NCBI GenBank assembly: GCA_012295275.1 | Contig: CM022668.1 | Location: 6,076,001-6,140,000 of the forward strand | Source of the DNA: Chrysomallon squamiferum | Taxonomy: Eukaryota; Animalia; Mollusca | Length of the DNA stretch: 64,000 nt | Reading direction: 5' to 3' | Shown here: piece by piece, positions 1 to 13,598 of the stretch | Position numbering within the stretch: the stretch's first letter is position 1 | Layout of the letters: each line of letters begins with the position of its first letter | Notes under the pieces: generated by a model | Told to the model about the DNA's origin: nothing | The model's input: the letters and a program-made list of their open reading frames with translations, nothing else | Database searches by the model: none | Translations under genes and position numbers: made by a program

Positions 1-742
1 AATGACATGTTCGAGCGGCAGCCTAACTCGATCACTGTGCTGTGTCATTCTGTAGTTTTATTTGTGGCTCAGGGTTTAGAGGTGTCGACTTGTAAAAGGG
101 GGGATAACCCACTTCTTGGCCTCGCTTAAATTGTTATATATGTTTCAATGAATACCCTGTTATTGGTTTATCCAGGACGCACTGTTTGGGAAGGTGCCAA
201 CAAAATATCTCTTCCTGCTAATAGAAAAGTGTATCCCGTGCAATATCGCGTTTTCTGTACCAGGAACATTATTTTAAAAAGTCTGATACTAAGATATTCA
301 GATTAACGTACATTTCTTCATATAAATTTTCTTAACTTTGTTAATTAAATAATAAATGATGTTAGTCAGATGACATACATTTTTTGAAAGAAGAATGAAA
401 CGAATAAACAATCTGTCAATGAAATAAACAACATCAACAACAACATCAACAATGATGTTAATAATGTACAGTCAGGAAAAGTAAATAAATGAACGAATGA
501 ACGAACAAATGAATGAAATGAATAAAAAAAAGAGACATAAATAAATAAACAAGAACATTCTAAGGGATAAAAAGAAGATAGAAAAATAAGATAAATAAAA
601 ATTGCTACAGTTTACTGAATTTTCTGAACAAGCGGCCGACTTGCTAAAAATGGCTCCGTAGTTATGGAAACGTCACGTGATGCCAAAGGGGTCAGAAGCG
701 GCAAGATTAACGAATATCGAATGCCAAAGAAGTTTATTAATG

Positions 743-788
<46 letters not shown>

Positions 789-1087
789 CAAATATATCAT
801 TTGCCTGCTTTAAATTGGAACAAGAATTCTTAAATGTCTTTTCTGCTGCGTGAAACCTGGCACTGGCAGGTTTGTAGTTTAGTTTGAATATTCTCTGAGT
901 TGTGTACGTCTCATTACACTGGGCACTTAGTCAATATTCAAGAACGCAGTGACACAGACAGACAAAGTTCAGTCACGACTTCACCAACCTCGTCAGAATC
1001 CGCTGACGAGACTCGAACGTACGGCAATCATTCGCCCGCACCCCCAAGGCGGATCATGTTACCATGTGTGTGTCTGTGTGTGCTGTA

Positions 1088-1151
<64 letters not shown>

Positions 1152-1295
1152 CGTGTGTGTGTTTGTGTGTGTGTGTGTGTATTATGTAAATATATGTGTG
1201 GTTATATTTGTGTATGGATGTATGTATGCCCGTTTGCATATACTTACACACGCATTATACATATATAGAGATGCGGAAAGAGAAACTTACAGAAA

Positions 1296-1326
<31 letters not shown>

Positions 1327-1479
1327 TACACATAGCTAGAAAACAGACAGATAATTAAATAGCTATACGCATTGAGAAATAATAAAATTACAAAAGTGAT
1401 AAATAAAATAAAAATAATAAAACAAATAAGCAAAATGTAAAGGTTTAACAAAAGCAAGGACAGAAAGGTGATATGAACT

Positions 1480-1795
1480 AATATATTCCTAGAAGTTTTG
1501 TATTCCTCGGGAAACTGTTGTTATTTTTATCTATAACGGAAGTTACATTGTTAGTATTGGATACCCGGCCATTAGTTTAATCAGCTGGAAAACACACTGC
1601 TGTTTGCAAGTTATCTCGTAACTTCAGTATTGTTTATTTAGTTATTTTGTTTTGTCATCTTTACTTTGTGCACCGTACAGTTTTATAAAAAAAAATAATA
1701 ATAATCGTAAGGGAGAGAGAGAGAAAACAGAAAAGAAAATTTAATAAAAAATACGAAGAACTTGAAGAAACGAAAAGGGATTCAAGAATGTAAGT
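1480..1795 (+). promoter_or_regulatory. Putative promoter and first exon of INX1, ending in AT|gtaagt donor (AT at 1788-1789)
   Basis: Consensus donor GTAAGT at 1790-1795 preceded by AT, which completes ATG with the G at 3164 in the right phase. TTCCTAGAA (STAT/GAS-like) at 1486-1494 and ACGGAAGT (ETS-like) at 1536-1543. Same layout in INX3. Confidence 0.5.
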
Positions 1796-2209
1796 AGAAT
1801 ATATAGTTTATTTTATTAGTTCATATTATAATATATTTATATATCCTCTTTTTATTTATTTATTTATTTATTTATCTATTTATTTATTTATTTAATTCCG
1901 TACTGACTTATTCATATATCTGAAACTGAAAACTCACCAAGTCTATTAAATAACTCCTCTATCAACAATGATAGTTTGTTAACAATAATAATTAAAAAAT
2001 AAATAAATTAATTAATTAATTAATTAATAAATAAAAGTATTTTTAATGACTTTTTTAATGTATAGTTAATAAAACTGGGACGCTTAAGACATTATTTTCT
2101 TATATTAACCTTTTGACGGAACCCAAATAAACTTTAAGAACCTGGAATAAAACAAATATATGTTTAAAAATAAATAAATAAATAAATAAATAAAGATTAA
2201 CAAATAGAA

Positions 2210-2259
<50 letters not shown>

Positions 2260-3163
2260 ACATAAAGGATAATGACAATAAAATACATACACAAATAATA
2301 ATTTAAGAAGTAAAACATTTAATTTTGAGAGGTAAGACTTCACTATATCTTTTTTCTAAGTTAACTGCTCGTTTCTGGATCAACTGTCATTTGAGTGGTT
2401 TGTTTCAGAGATGTGATTATTATATAATTGTATCTCACACACTTGTAACAGAAGACTTGAGACCCACGCCTCACTGACTCCGTTGCTTTGTTAGTTTATT
2501 CCATTAGCCTTTGCATGTCAATCTAGACACGCTGAACCGTTTGCTTTGTTTCTGTAATCTGATATATATGTGTGTGCCTCTCTATGTGTCTAAACTTGTG
2601 TGCATGTGTGTGTGTAAGGGGGTATGTGTGGGTATGTGTATAGATTTTTGAATATTTAGTAATGAAAATAATAACAGTGGCACTAGTAGTGGTAGTAGTT
2701 AGAGTAGTTATAATAATAAAAATAATAATAATAATAAAGTGATAATGATTATGACAATCATTATGGTAATGATAATGACAATAATCATACATTTTTAGTA
2801 GTAATAATAGTAGTAGTAATGGTGGTAGTAGAAGCAAATAATGATGATGAATAAAAATAAAGAGTGAACTACTTACTGTGTTAGACATAAACTGAATTCA
2901 AGTGATAGCCTCACAGACACTGCATTGTTTAAACTATTGACATCTTCAAGTTTGTCCATCTGTCTGTCTGTCCAAACATCTACAACCTGTTTGTGTGTGT
3001 GTCTAAACATCTAGAAGGTGTTTGTGTGTGTGAAAGGACTTTTTTCTTCAGTTTTGTGTCAGTGGTTTTAGCATGTTTCTGTATGTTTCTCTGCGGCTGT
3101 ACATGATAATGATGAACAAACAGAATGGTATATTTAATTTTTAACTTTTCTTTGTTAATTTAG

Positions 3164-4412
3164 GTCAGATGAAATAATTGGCGCGCTGCCAAAGTTCAAA
3201 CTACTGCGACCTATCCGTGACGACGACAAAGTCGACCGTCTTCATTATGTCGTCGTAGCTGCATTACTGCTATCGATGGCGGTGTTTGTGGGCACGGCTA
3301 AGCTGGTAGGCGATCCTATTCACTGCTGGGTTCCAGCCGAATACGCGACAGAACCAGACCAGTTCACTGCTTACGTCAATGCTTTCTGCTGGATATCGTC
3401 AATGTATCACGTGACCATGAATGAACCAATCCCCGTTGAGCAACCAGATCGACAGAAAACGAGAATACCTTTCTATCCCTGGGTAGCTATAATGTTCATG
3501 GTTCAGGCATTGCTGTTTTTTCTGCCGCATCTTTTCTGGAAATCGCTAAATGCTCAATGCGGGGTGAATATTAAACTCATCATTGAGAAGACAATGGACG
3601 CTGATTTGGAACACACTGATGTAAAGGAAAGACAAGAGATTCTGAGTCAAACAGCTGTCTACATAGACAGATTCAGAGACATGTTTTCTAAAAAATTCCT
3701 GTCTATCGGTACCAAGTCTGGGTCCTACCTCGTTCAGCTGTTTCTTTTGACAAAGATTCTCTACCTCGTCAACGTCATCGTTCAGTTTCCTCTGCTCTCA
3801 ACGTTCTTGGAGATTGACTACTACACCTACGGGATCGAGGTCGTTTCATCTGTCTCACAAAACCAATTCTGGATCGATTCCCGTCACTTTCCAAGAATTT
3901 CGCTCTGTGACTTCGAGATCCGACAACTTCAGAATGTCCAGAACTGGACAGTGCAGTGTGTCTTGACCATCAACCTCTTTCTGGAGAAGATGTACATACT
4001 CCTTTGGTTCATCTTTGCTTTGCTGGCAGTAGCAACTGTCCTTAGCCTCATCTCATGGACATCCGAGTTAATCATCGTCTCTAAACGAGAGAGATTTCTC
4101 GAGAAATACCGAGTCAGTATGAAAAATATGCTAGCAGACGACATGGGTCTTTTTCACACATTCTGCCGAAGTTATTTGCAGAAGGATGGTATTTTCTTGT
4201 TGAGGATGTTGGAGAGGAACACCTCGTACCTAATATCACAGGATGTCTTTAATTTGCTGTGGGTGATATTTCTGTGGAGGAGTCGAAGGCTGGAAGATTG
4301 GAATGCCGGGAATGTTAGTGGCGTAACAGAGGAGTTCTGGAAAAGATGTGGAAAGATGAATTTGAAGAAGAATCATCTACAAAATAACACGGAACTTTCT
4401 GTAAATCTGTAA
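3164..4412 (+). CDS. Innexin (gap junction/hemichannel protein) INX1, main coding exon; ~416 aa with split AT|G start
   Basis: Innexin hallmarks: DDxxDRL before TM1, PIHCWVP and NAFCW (EL1 Cys pair), FYPWV...QALLFFLPHLFW (YYQW-like TM2), FPRISLCDF and VQCVL (EL2 Cys pair), NLFLEKMYILLWF (TM4), DGIFLLR. Acceptor ttttctttgttaatttag ends at 3163; frame open SDEIIGALPK...SVNL*. Confidence 0.93.
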
Positions 4413-4641
4413 AATTATTGATAAATTGCTGTCTTCTGAGGCAATCAAACAAATAATGTAAATATGTTTAACATTAGTTTACATCAGAGATTCCCAATAT
4501 GAAGCAAAACCACTGGTTTATTTGAATGTTTTATTTTGTTTTAAGCGTGCAGATATATGACAGTATTACATTCCAAGATTAACATTTTTCTTTATTTGAA
4601 ACAGAGTCCATATATAACACCTACTTATCTTTCTGAAGTTT

Positions 4642-4693
<52 letters not shown>

Positions 4694-4790
4694 GTGATGA
4701 TTATGGTAGAAGCAGCGGTAACAGTGATAGTCGTGGTCATAGTAGTAGTGATAATAACAACAAAATTCAACATACACACACACACACACA

Positions 4791-4869
<79 letters not shown>

Positions 4870-5753
4870 CGTAACGTGATCCGCTTTGGGAGTGCGGGCG
4901 AATGACTGCCGTACTTTCCTGTCTCGTCAGCGGTTTCTGACGGGTTTGATGATGCTGTGACTGAACTTTGTCTGTCTGTGTCAGAGCGATCCTGAATATT
5001 GTCTATGTGCCCAGTGTAATCAGACGTACATAACTCAGAGAAAATTCAAAATCCTAAACTGCAAAATTAATTAAACGTATGTGTTATGATTGTATAATGT
5101 ATTTTTATCAAGTCACCTCTATATCATAATTAAATAATTAACGTGAAACCTTCACTTGTATTGTGTTTATTTCTCTAGTGGATAGATAGACTTATTAATT
5201 TATATAGACTGCTGTCAATTTAGCGTTTATATTCTTTGTTAGGCGGCCATTAAAGCACCTTATTACCCTAGACTGAGCCTTAATAAAACATACAAGCTAG
5301 TTAAAGGTATGAGCGCCGTGACACCCCACCCCCCTTTTACAGGGTGACACCTCTAACCCCTGAACCACAAATAAAACTACAGGATGACAAAGCTGAATGA
5401 TCCAGTTCGGCAGCCGCACGAACATGTAATTATAACCACAACGCTATTGGGACTGGTCCAAGACAGAATTTCTTTGCTGGTCGCTGGGAAACATTGTTTC
5501 GTTTTGTACCGGCGTTCGTATTACAACAAATGTGAAACCTAGACTGGAGTCGTTTATTTTCATCTGATTAAGGAAACAAAAAGACAAAGAACGGCGTGCT
5601 TCGTGGGAAGCGATGATTACCCTGGGTTATTGAGCAACTTTCTTGAGGTTGTCTTGGTGGTTGAACGGTAACATCGTCAGCATTTGGAGTGCAGGCGAAT
5701 GGGTGACATACAATATTCAACATCCTAAAATACATCCTTATACATATACATTC

Positions 5754-5884
<131 letters not shown>

Positions 5885-7379
5885 TTTAACACGACTCTTT
5901 ATTTCATTCTTAATGTATTCTTTAGCAATGTGAAACTTTCAAACGATTTTCGGTAAATGTCTCTGGAGTTTACTTTTTTCGAAACAAATGTGATGACGAA
6001 CACGTCAAGAACGATGAAGGCTCATTCTCAAAACCAACAACGACACAGTATTCAAACTACATTTTAAGTAAATTTTAAACCGCTGAATAATCCTGCATTT
6101 CCTTTTTTAATTATAAAACATGAAATACGACTCAAGATCTTTGATGCGAAACATTTCAAGTGAAGCGTGTATTTCACGTACTACTGCTAATGTTTCTTGT
6201 TGTCTTTCCTCAAGTTTTCAACTTGCTTAACGTTGAAGACATTCTTGACGCTCAGGACTATGTTAACGTTGTCGATTTGCTGGATATTATGGACTTGTTT
6301 AGTGTTGAGGACTTGCTTAGTTTTGAGGACTAGATTAACGTTCTGGATTTGCTTAATTTGTAAAAGTGTAGAATAATCTAGACTGATTTTAGAAATGGGA
6401 TAGTTTCGAAGGGTGCATCTTATTAAGCATATTTCTTTGTATAATTACATGTGTCCATCAGATATCTACAATTTTCTAATACATCGATTCATCTGACTAT
6501 CCATCCATTCATTCACAGATTCATGCATCCTTCCGCTTATCTGTTCATTGTCCGTCAGTTAGTTCTTCCATCCGTAAGTGTATATGTTTGTTAGTATCTA
6601 TAAATATATGCACATGCCTAATTCTAACACTCTCTGTCTGTCTGTCTCTCTGTCTGTTTCTACATCTGTGAATGATAACATTAATCGATATTATATAAAA
6701 GATGTCAATACGACTGTAGCATTTACCTGGTTGTGTTTCTGTTTGTCTACATGTCTGTATGATCTTTGTATCCGTCTGTTTTTGAGTGTTACTGTCTGTC
6801 TGTCTGTCTGTCGGTCTATCTGAGTATCAGTCAGTATATATTTCTATAAATGAACTCTTCTCAGTTATCGATAGAAACACTGAGTTATTTCATGAAGAAA
6901 TAATCGATTATAGCAAATAATAAAATTAATCGAGGAAACTGGATTTTACCTGCAAAAAGTTTATTTTCGTATCGTTCTGAAGAAAACAGTGGAAAATAAT
7001 TAACTTTTATTTTTTTCACATTTATAATTTAAATACAGTATTTAACACAGACAATACTTTTATCTGCAATAGATGAATTAAAGATAAAAATATAATTAAT
7101 AATCCAAATAGGTGTTTTAACAGCTATATAGTTAAACAGCATCGGGTTTCTTCGGCGCATTAAAAAAAAAAATATATAATGATTCTAAGGTTAAAGGCCA
7201 TTACACACTAGAAAATTCTACAAGTTATATTTATGTATGGTTAAGAGTGGCGGGCTCTGGAATCGCTTCTTGGAACAAGTCTTCAGAATCTTACGTCGAA
7301 GACACGGCTCCTGAAACCTTCATTTCTTGTTACAGCTTTACATTACGGAAAATGTATTCTATTATGAATTGATATAAAA

Positions 7380-7579
7380 TAACTAAATAAATAAGTAAGT
7401 AAGTAAGCAAGTAAGTAAGTAAAACATTTACATAAATAAATAAATAAATAAATAAATAAAGGAAAAGTAAAGAAAAATAATAGAAAACAAAAGAAATAAA
7501 GTCACAAACAAACCAATAAACAAATAAAGAAAAAAGTATAGAAAAACAAGAGAAAAATGATTTCAAGCAAATAAACAGA

Positions 7580-7610
<31 letters not shown>

Positions 7611-8006
7611 ACAATGAATTTGCGATTGTCGTTGTTGTTGTTGTTGATGTTGTTGTTATTGTTGTTGTTATTTTTCTTCTTCTTCTTCGTCTTACTATTA
7701 TTATTCTTATTCTTATTATTAATACAGTTGTTATTGTTGCTGTTTTTTTTTTAGATTTCCGATCTATATTTTATACGTCATCTGTTCAAGCATAATATTA
7801 CGTTGTTGTTTTCTTTCGATAAACGTCTGAATATATCAACTTTGAATAGATTCAATATGTTATATTGTTATTTCACTTTTGTTTCTTTTGTAAATGAATC
7901 TTTTTTTCTCCATAGATCTGTCAACCGCAAATATGTTTATAACTACTGTGAATTGATTTAAGATAAGTAATTAAATAAATAAGTAAGTAAGTAGTAAACA
8001 TTTACA

Positions 8007-8049
<43 letters not shown>

Positions 8050-8247
8050 AGGAAAAGTAAAGAAAAATAAGAGAAAACTCGTGTCAAAAAAAAAAAAAAA
8101 GTAACAAACAAACAAACCAATAAATAAATACAGAAAAAAGTATAGAAAAACAAGAGAAAAATCATTTCAAACAAATAAACAGATAAATAATTAAATAAAT
8201 AATGACTTTGCGATTGTCGTTGTTGTTGTTCTTCTTCTTCTTTTCTT

Positions 8248-8306
<59 letters not shown>

Positions 8307-8540
8307 ATTATTATTATTACTACAGTTGTTATTGTTGCTGTTGTTTTTGTAGATTTCCGCTGTGTATTTTATACGTCTTCTATTCAAGAATAATATTACG
8401 TTCTTGTTTTCTTTCGATAAACGTCTGAATATATCAACTTTGAATAGATTCAATATGTTGTATTGTTATTTCACTTTTGTTTAGTTTGCAAATGATTTTT
8501 TTTTTCTCCATTGATCTGTCAACCACAAATATGTTTACTT
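7380..8540 (+). repeat. ~600-bp local tandem duplication
   Basis: 7380-7940 is repeated at 7975-8540; single copy in the paralogous unit at ~57990-58550. Confidence 0.85.
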
Positions 8541-9688
8541 CTATGAGTATACTTCAACTATCAGTAAATACACAGGGATTAGTAATTACCTCTCATGAAC
8601 TGTTCGACTGCCACTCAATAAAATAGAATGTTTTCTCTTGCGTTGAAAATTAGTTTTCTCTCTAAGAAGTATACATGATCTCATACAACAAGGCTTTACA
8701 GTTACCATGATAACAGGATGTGTTCAAAGATCTTACTAGAATATGACAAAACCTGAACATTTTATAGACGACAAAGAAGATTATACTATTATTTTTCATG
8801 ATTGTTATTATCGATTTTATAAAATTTTATTTAACTATTTAATTTTAAAACTATTTTTTTAAATATTTATACATTCATGCATTCGTTCATTTATTTATTC
8901 ATTCGTTTATTCATTTATTTATTTTATTTATATATTTAAATATTTATTTTCTTTAGTTTATTTTAGTTAATTTTCAAATTCTTCTGTGTCATGTTAAACT
9001 GATCAGTGCTTGATGCTAAAGTTAATAAATCAATTAAGAAACTTTGAGAGTGAGGAACTGATGTTAACTGATCTATTTACTTTAATACATTACTTTCTAT
9101 TTAATTATTTAAAATTACAGGTTAAAAGAAATAACTGGTTACTTTCTTAAGGTGTCATCTTTCTCATGTCAAGTTGAATAACGAACGCAACTTTGTAAAG
9201 CCTCGCTGCACTTGGCATTCTAATCTTCGCTGGAAAAAGCTCATATTTTAAGATCCATCGATGAACATAGAGTAAACATTCCGCTCTAAACGAAAAATAA
9301 AAATGACTGTCCTATAATATAAACAATTAGACAGACAGAGAGACAGATCTATAGATGTATAAATATATATATATACACACAGCAAATCAATACAGAGCAG
9401 TAAACTAGCCATTTAGCGATCGTTATGCCAATTCGCTGCCTCTGTATCAATCTTTAGTTCTTCACGATACAAAACAGAGAAAATAGCCAATAAGATAAAC
9501 AAACCACTCTCCATATCGATACATCTATTTGTGAGGTATTAAAACAAACCAGTGAACTTCGGACAATTATTCTGAACTCAGAAATCAACGGTGCAACGCA
9601 GATAACCAAAGGAACGTAATATTTGAACCATAAGCAAGAAAACTGGATTATTTTATTTCTTATTTTAAGATTCTTACAAAGATTAAAA

Positions 9689-9964
9689 ATGAAATTTTCT
9701 GGAATTTATATCTTATTCGTTAACCACGTGATAGGTGCTTTACATCGAGACACGGAATTTCGAAACCACGTCATGAGCACAACGTCACAGTCGTCGTTGT
9801 ATGACTGTTCTGCTGCCTGTGTAGCTGATATGTGCTGTAAATCTTTTAACTTCTTCACGTCTACCCTGGAGTGTCAACTCAACTACAAAACAAAGGAAGA
9901 AAGTTCACAAGATTTTGTCACAAACAAAGGATCAGTTTACCAAGACAAAGATTCTATAGCCAAA
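9689..9964 (+). pseudogene. PF1: orphan first exon (signal-like N-terminus + PAN/Apple domain) of PAN-FReD gene
   Basis: 276-nt exon [16 protein letters not shown]...[16 protein letters not shown]...ECQL...DSIAK|gtgaga. About 70 bp after the donor the sequence switches to inverted 3'-flank of PF2; exons 2-5 are not found downstream on + in this unit. Confidence 0.8.
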
Positions 9965-10802
9965 GTGAGATATTTTAATTTTTTGTTTATTTTATTACAA
10001 CAACAACAACAATAACAACAATTATTAAATTTTTTATTAAATGGAGTCACAAATTATTATTATTATTTGTAACAAAGGGGAACTTATTAATTATACTTGT
10101 CTGACTGATAACTCCCTGTACAAAACATTATAACGAGAGAATTCACTCGCAGAAATTAAAAGTTTATTAAATGACAACTCGATCTAAATCCCCTGAATAT
10201 TTCGCGGAACGAAAAAATAACGTCAAAGAAAATCAATAGAAACGGAAGTGTCTTCCCTTAATAAGCTCTTCAGCTTGAAGTATGAACTATTGTGTGACAC
10301 CAAGTTTCAGATAAAACATTTAATGTTCTAAAAAAAGAAGCTGTTAATAGCTTTCTAAAAGGTAAATATAAACAGAGAGGTATCATGTGATAACAACAAA
10401 AGAACAAAAAAAGATTTTGTATGAACGTGTTTCACGGAATCTTCCTCTAGAACAAATTTTGATGAATTGTTTTGTTGAATGTTCCTTTAGAACAAAGCTT
10501 GGTTCACTGTTCTAGCATGGAATGTTCCACTAGAACAAAGCTTGATTAACTAATTTTTGTTTTAAAATATGGAATAACAATAGCTGATTGAAAATTAATA
10601 CCTCTAAGAAAGAAATAAACAAAAATTAAACATTTGAACAAACAAATAATAAATAACCAATTAAAACAAAATACAATTTTCAAGTAATTAAATAAACATC
10701 TTCATATTGTCCTTGATATTTAAACTGATAGAATACTTAAAAGAAGAAGCTGAATTTTAACTACAAAACTAAATTTGTTTTAACTTCAGTGCAAAACCGG
10801 TC

Positions 10803-10880
10803 TTATTTTCCAGACAAAAGTGGTCTTATTTTCATCTCAGTCCTCTGCAAGGAGTAGAACTGGCCTCTCCACGAACCCCA
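10803..10880 (-). pseudogene. Fragment of FBG terminal exon (last 26 codons)
   Basis: Reverse strand reads [25 protein letters not shown], with no acceptor and no upstream part of the exon. Confidence 0.8.
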
Positions 10881-11057
10881 CAGAATTTTAAATAAATGAA
10901 ATAAACGTCTTCACACGGTCCAAATATATTGAAGCCTGCAGAGAACTTAAACGAAAAATATGAAATTTATCTTCAAAGCTAATCTGATCTTAACTTCAAT
11001 TCGTAATTCCGTCTATCTTCAACAATAAACTGGTTTATTTTCGAGACAAAACTGGTT

Positions 11058-13567
11058 TTATTTTCCAGACAAAATTGGTCTTATTTTCATTTCAGTTCTC
11101 TTCAAGGAGTAGTATTGGCCTGTCCACGAACTCCAAGTAACTCCTTCGGCGAAAACCTTTGTAAGGCCTCCCAGGTACAAGCCGTTTAGATTTGAACTGT
11201 GACAGGCTGCGTACCACCACGCTCCATGAAAGAGTTCGGCACAGTTCAAATAATACGAATTCTGATCCCTATCCTTGGTTGTAAAAGACTGACCATTGTG
11301 CGCGGTAAGTGAATCACCTTTGGAACGGGAAAAAAGTGTAAATTATCATTATTATTATGAAATAATAGCAAGAGCAGTCTTCGTACTATATTTTGTTCAC
11401 TATTGGCAAAAACGAGTTATACACACAAATAAAATCTTTAATATACAGACGCACTCACACGTTTATACGCATGGATAGACACACAGATAAATATATACGG
11501 CCTCACCCACAGACACACGCACAAATGTATAAATGCATTAAAACAGAAACCCAGTTATAAACCAAGGAACGCGGATAAACACGAAAGATGTACAAACACA
11601 CTGATACATACTACACAGACAGAAAACTTATTCAAACATACACAGACACACATACATACATACATACATACACAGAGACATACAGGCACACGTTTTTATA
11701 CAGACATACCTCCATATATATATATATATCACTGTTATTCATTAGGTCTGTTTTAACTTGTTATAGCTAAAACTGAGTGAAACAGTTATGACGTTTACTA
11801 AATTAAATACCTCACAGAAAGAACATTGAACATGCTAGTTGATTTGATATTCGGTTAACAGATTTTTGATTGAACATATACACTAAATTTTATCATAGAT
11901 ATTACTTTGTATCATCAGCATATTACAATACAAGAATATATTTTTATTGTTTCTATTGACTGATGCCAGACCAACCTGCGTTTCCGCTGTAAGATCCAAT
12001 GTGTAGAGTGTAGTTCTCCGCCTCACTACCCAGTGAAAATGTCGAGTACATCGCGTAACGTTTGTTTCCTTCAAAGTCTTCTAGATCAACACGTAGCTCG
12101 TATTCCTGTTTACTTGTTATCTTGTAGATGTTCTCGTTTCCTGAACAACAGCAGTAATAATAATAATAATAGAAAGAAGAAATAGAAGAAGAAGAAGAAG
12201 AAGAAAAAGAAGAATCAAAATATTCTACGACTTTATATTTATTTTTCTTTGAACATAAAACACAAAAATTATTTGTCACAGTTACCTGATAGATGCATCT
12301 CATGAAATAGTAAACAATTTCTTACCAAACCAGTATTCTCTTTCTACATCTCCAAATCCTTCCTTGTATTCCTGACATGTTCTGTAGAAGTCTGTAGATC
12401 CGTCCATCCGTCTTTGTATAATCTGCACATTAGTTTAAGACACAAATGGACGTAGGTAAATAAGTAGGTAAGTATGTGTGTATGTATGTGTGTATGTGTG
12501 TTTTATATATGTATGCATATAAGTATACATATTTGTATGTATGTAAATATATATCTATATATATTTGTATGTAAGTATGAACCTATGTATGCATGTACCT
12601 ATGTATGTATGTCTGTATTCATTTACATATACTTTTTCTAATGGACACAAATAAACGTACTAACCAACCAACCACCGTTAAGGTTGACAATCACANNNNN
12701 NNNNNNNNNNNNNNNNNNNNNNNNNNNNNNNNNNNNNNNNNNNNNNNNNNNNNNNNNNNNNNNNNNNNNNNNNNNNNNNNNNNNNNNNNNNNNNNNNNNN
12801 NNNNNNNNNNNNNNNNNNNNNNNNNNNNNNNNNNNNNNNNNNNNNNNNNNNNNNNNNNNNNNNNNNNNNNNNNNNNNNNNNNNNNNNNNNNNNNNTCGAA
12901 TTAATAATAAATTAATAAAATGAAATAAATATAAAATGACTCGTTCCTACTAACCAACCATTCACCGTTAAGAGTTGACATATCACAAAACGCTGGCACG
13001 TTGTTAACCTGAGATGACTTCAAAACAGCATGTCGAGAGCATGGAAACGTCATCATGACGTCATAGCAGTTTCGCATCACATCAGGAACATAATCTATGA
13101 AGAATATGCAATTCTACATTTTGTTATTTAATATGAACCAATATTAAATCCGTTAATCAGAGGAAAAGTAATATCATAATTTAATTATAAACGTTGATAG
13201 TATTGCTTTATATTGTTGTTAATTACTCTCATACATATATATACATATATGCGCTCATACATATACTGGTTTCTATGTATGAACACTTTCAGAAGGCTAA
13301 GTTATTGGTTCATCCAGAAAGAAAACAAAATAAATGTATCTATCAGTGTTTTGTCTAAATTAGATTTACGTGTGGAGGGTTGTGCAGCTGATGGTGTTAC
13401 GTCACTGTCACGTGATACACATTTCGCATCATTCACACGTACAGTTTGACATTTCTGATAAGACAGACATATGTCCGTACCACAAATTCCAGATACAGTC
13501 TGCAAATCACAAAAAAAGAAAAAATAATAATCATAATAATAATAATAATAAATAAAAATAAAATAAA

Positions 13568-13598
<31 letters not shown>

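Noticed and set aside
900-1335. Low-complexity ORFs (poly-CV, HT, ER, LS, Y, N, R, I) here and throughout the track
   Set aside because: Translations of di- and trinucleotide microsatellites.
3929-4144. 71-aa antisense ORF repeated at 30653 and 54275
   Set aside because: Shadow frame of the innexin CDS; conserved only because the sense gene is duplicated.
3164-4412. Viral innexin (vinnexin) or endogenous virus
   Set aside because: No viral genes or proviral structure nearby; the gene has a spliceosomal acceptor and host-type neighbours.
9623-9688. N-terminal extension MNHKQENW... on PAN ORFs (also 14319, 59370)
   Set aside because: Begins at TTG and is not kept in PF4-PF6; the conserved ATG is in AAAATGAAA/AAAATGATA context (ACAAATGAAA in PF5). 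An upstream non-coding exon is possible but unproven.
12593-12923. ORFs spanning N runs (also 40686-41108)
   Set aside because: Artefacts of translating assembly gaps.
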